The notes beneath the pieces are model-generated. The model was not told the DNA's origin, did no database searches, and saw nothing but the letters and a program-made list of their open reading frames with translations. From Verrucomicrobiales bacterium (GTDB lineage: Bacteria > Verrucomicrobiota > Verrucomicrobiia > Limisphaerales > UBA11358): 64,000 nt of DNA. Shown here piece by piece: positions 63,279 to 64,000 of this stretch (position 1 is its first letter; the number at the start of each line of letters is the position of its first letter). The position numbers and the translations under genes were made by a program. The stretch spans positions 458,180 through 522,179 of the forward strand of contig JAQTQB010000001.1 in the NCBI GenBank assembly GCA_028712475.1, written 5' to 3'.

Positions 63279-64000
63279 TCACATCGTCAGCGCCGCGTCC
63301 CAATCCTTCCAAACCGGTTCGTAGCCGAGTTTGCGGATCAGTTCCGCCACTTCGCCCGGCGGTCGGTCATCGGAAATCTCAAACTGGCCGGTCGCATTCG
63401 TCGCGCGATCCGGCTGCGGTGCCCATTCGCTTGCGCCTGACGCGAGTTCCACAATCCGTCCGCGCTCGGTGTGATGGATATTCTCCTTGCCCGCGCCGGT
63501 GTAACCGCCGGGTTCGGTGTGGCTGCCAGCGCTTGCCAGCGTGATGCCCAGTGGGAAAAGCCCGTCACGCAGCTTCGCCGGTTCGCGCGTCGAGAGCACC
63601 AGGCCGGCATCAGGAAACATCAGCCGGAACGCGCACACGAGCTGCACCAGTTCGCGGTCGGTCATGTGCGTGAGCGGCTCGAACTCGCCCGCGCACGGAC
63701 GCAGGCGCGGCATTGAAATCGTCAATTGTGATTTCCAGCAGTTCCGCAGCAGATAATCCGCGTGCGCCGCCACGCACAACGCTTCGTAACGCCAGTCCGC
63801 CAGTCCGTAAAGCGCGCCGATGCCGAGCCGGCGAAAACCGGCGGCGTAGGCGCGTTCCGCCGTTTCAAGCCGCCAGTCGAAATTTTTCTTCGGGCCGGCG
63901 GTGTGCATCTCGTCGTAGATCGCGCGGTCGTAGGTTTCCTGATACACGACGAGGCCATCCGCGCCCGCCACTACGATTGGCCGGTATTCTTCCGTTTCCA
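63279..64000 (-). CDS. thiH: 2-iminoacetate synthase ThiH (C-terminal part; the gene continues past the window edge)
   Basis: ..VYQETYDRAIYDEMHTAGPKKNFDWRLETAERAYAAGFRRLGIGALYGLADWRYE... The reading frame stays open to position 64000. Confidence 0.85.
   Translation of the reverse strand, partial: ETEEYRPIVVAGADGLVVYQETYDRAIYDEMHTAGPKKNFDWRLETAERAYAAGFRRLGIGALYGLADWRYEALCVAAHADYLLRNCWKSQLTISMPRLRPCAGEFEPLTHMTDRELVQLVCAFRLMFPDAGLVLSTREPAKLRDGLFPLGITLASAGSHTEPGGYTGAGKENIHHTERGRIVELASGASEWAPQPDRATNATGQFEISDDRPPGEVAELIRKLGYEPVWKDWDAALTM

Overview
High-GC bacterial chromosomal segment, densely coding on both strands, with no rRNA, tRNA or CRISPR array seen. The gene content (orphan PEP-CTERM tail, a 2265-aa FG-GAP/LamG/Ig secreted protein, a long U32 peptidase, a GH13+GDE fusion) suggests a PVC-group or Verrucomicrobiota-like organism; this is inference only. 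Positions 1-28.7 kb form a surface-glycan island. It holds a CDP-3,6-dideoxyhexose operon (rfbF-rfbG-rfbH plus two SDRs), a YfhO-like membrane protein, four GT2 plus one GT1/GT4 and one GT9 glycosyltransferases, four methyltransferases, the giant adhesin-like protein, and heptose-nucleotide genes (HddA-like kinase, HddC-GmhB fusion, RfaE-II adenylyltransferase). Positions 28.8-64 kb are mostly housekeeping: GH13+amylo-1,6-glucosidase fusion, PilB/GspE ATPase, YyaL, amtB-glnK, FIST, U32 peptidase, lysA, squalene-synthase-like, argH, cinA, a REC-histidine kinase, a LeuC-like dehydratase, an MscS-family channel, thiS and partial thiH. This part is interrupted by an IS630 remnant, a RAYT transposase with flanking REP/REPIN hairpins, and a low-GC orphan gene. 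The most unusual signal is at the DNA-repeat level. A GTAG-plus-hairpin inverted-doublet element (5 clear copies plus 1 divergent) and several 7-nt-period tandem arrays sit in-frame inside conserved enzyme genes without breaking the ORFs. A secondary item is an operon that couples an SPFH protein, a LIM/DA1-like zinc peptidase and a ThiS-type GG protein. All calls come from reading the sequence and the ORF translations; no database search was run.
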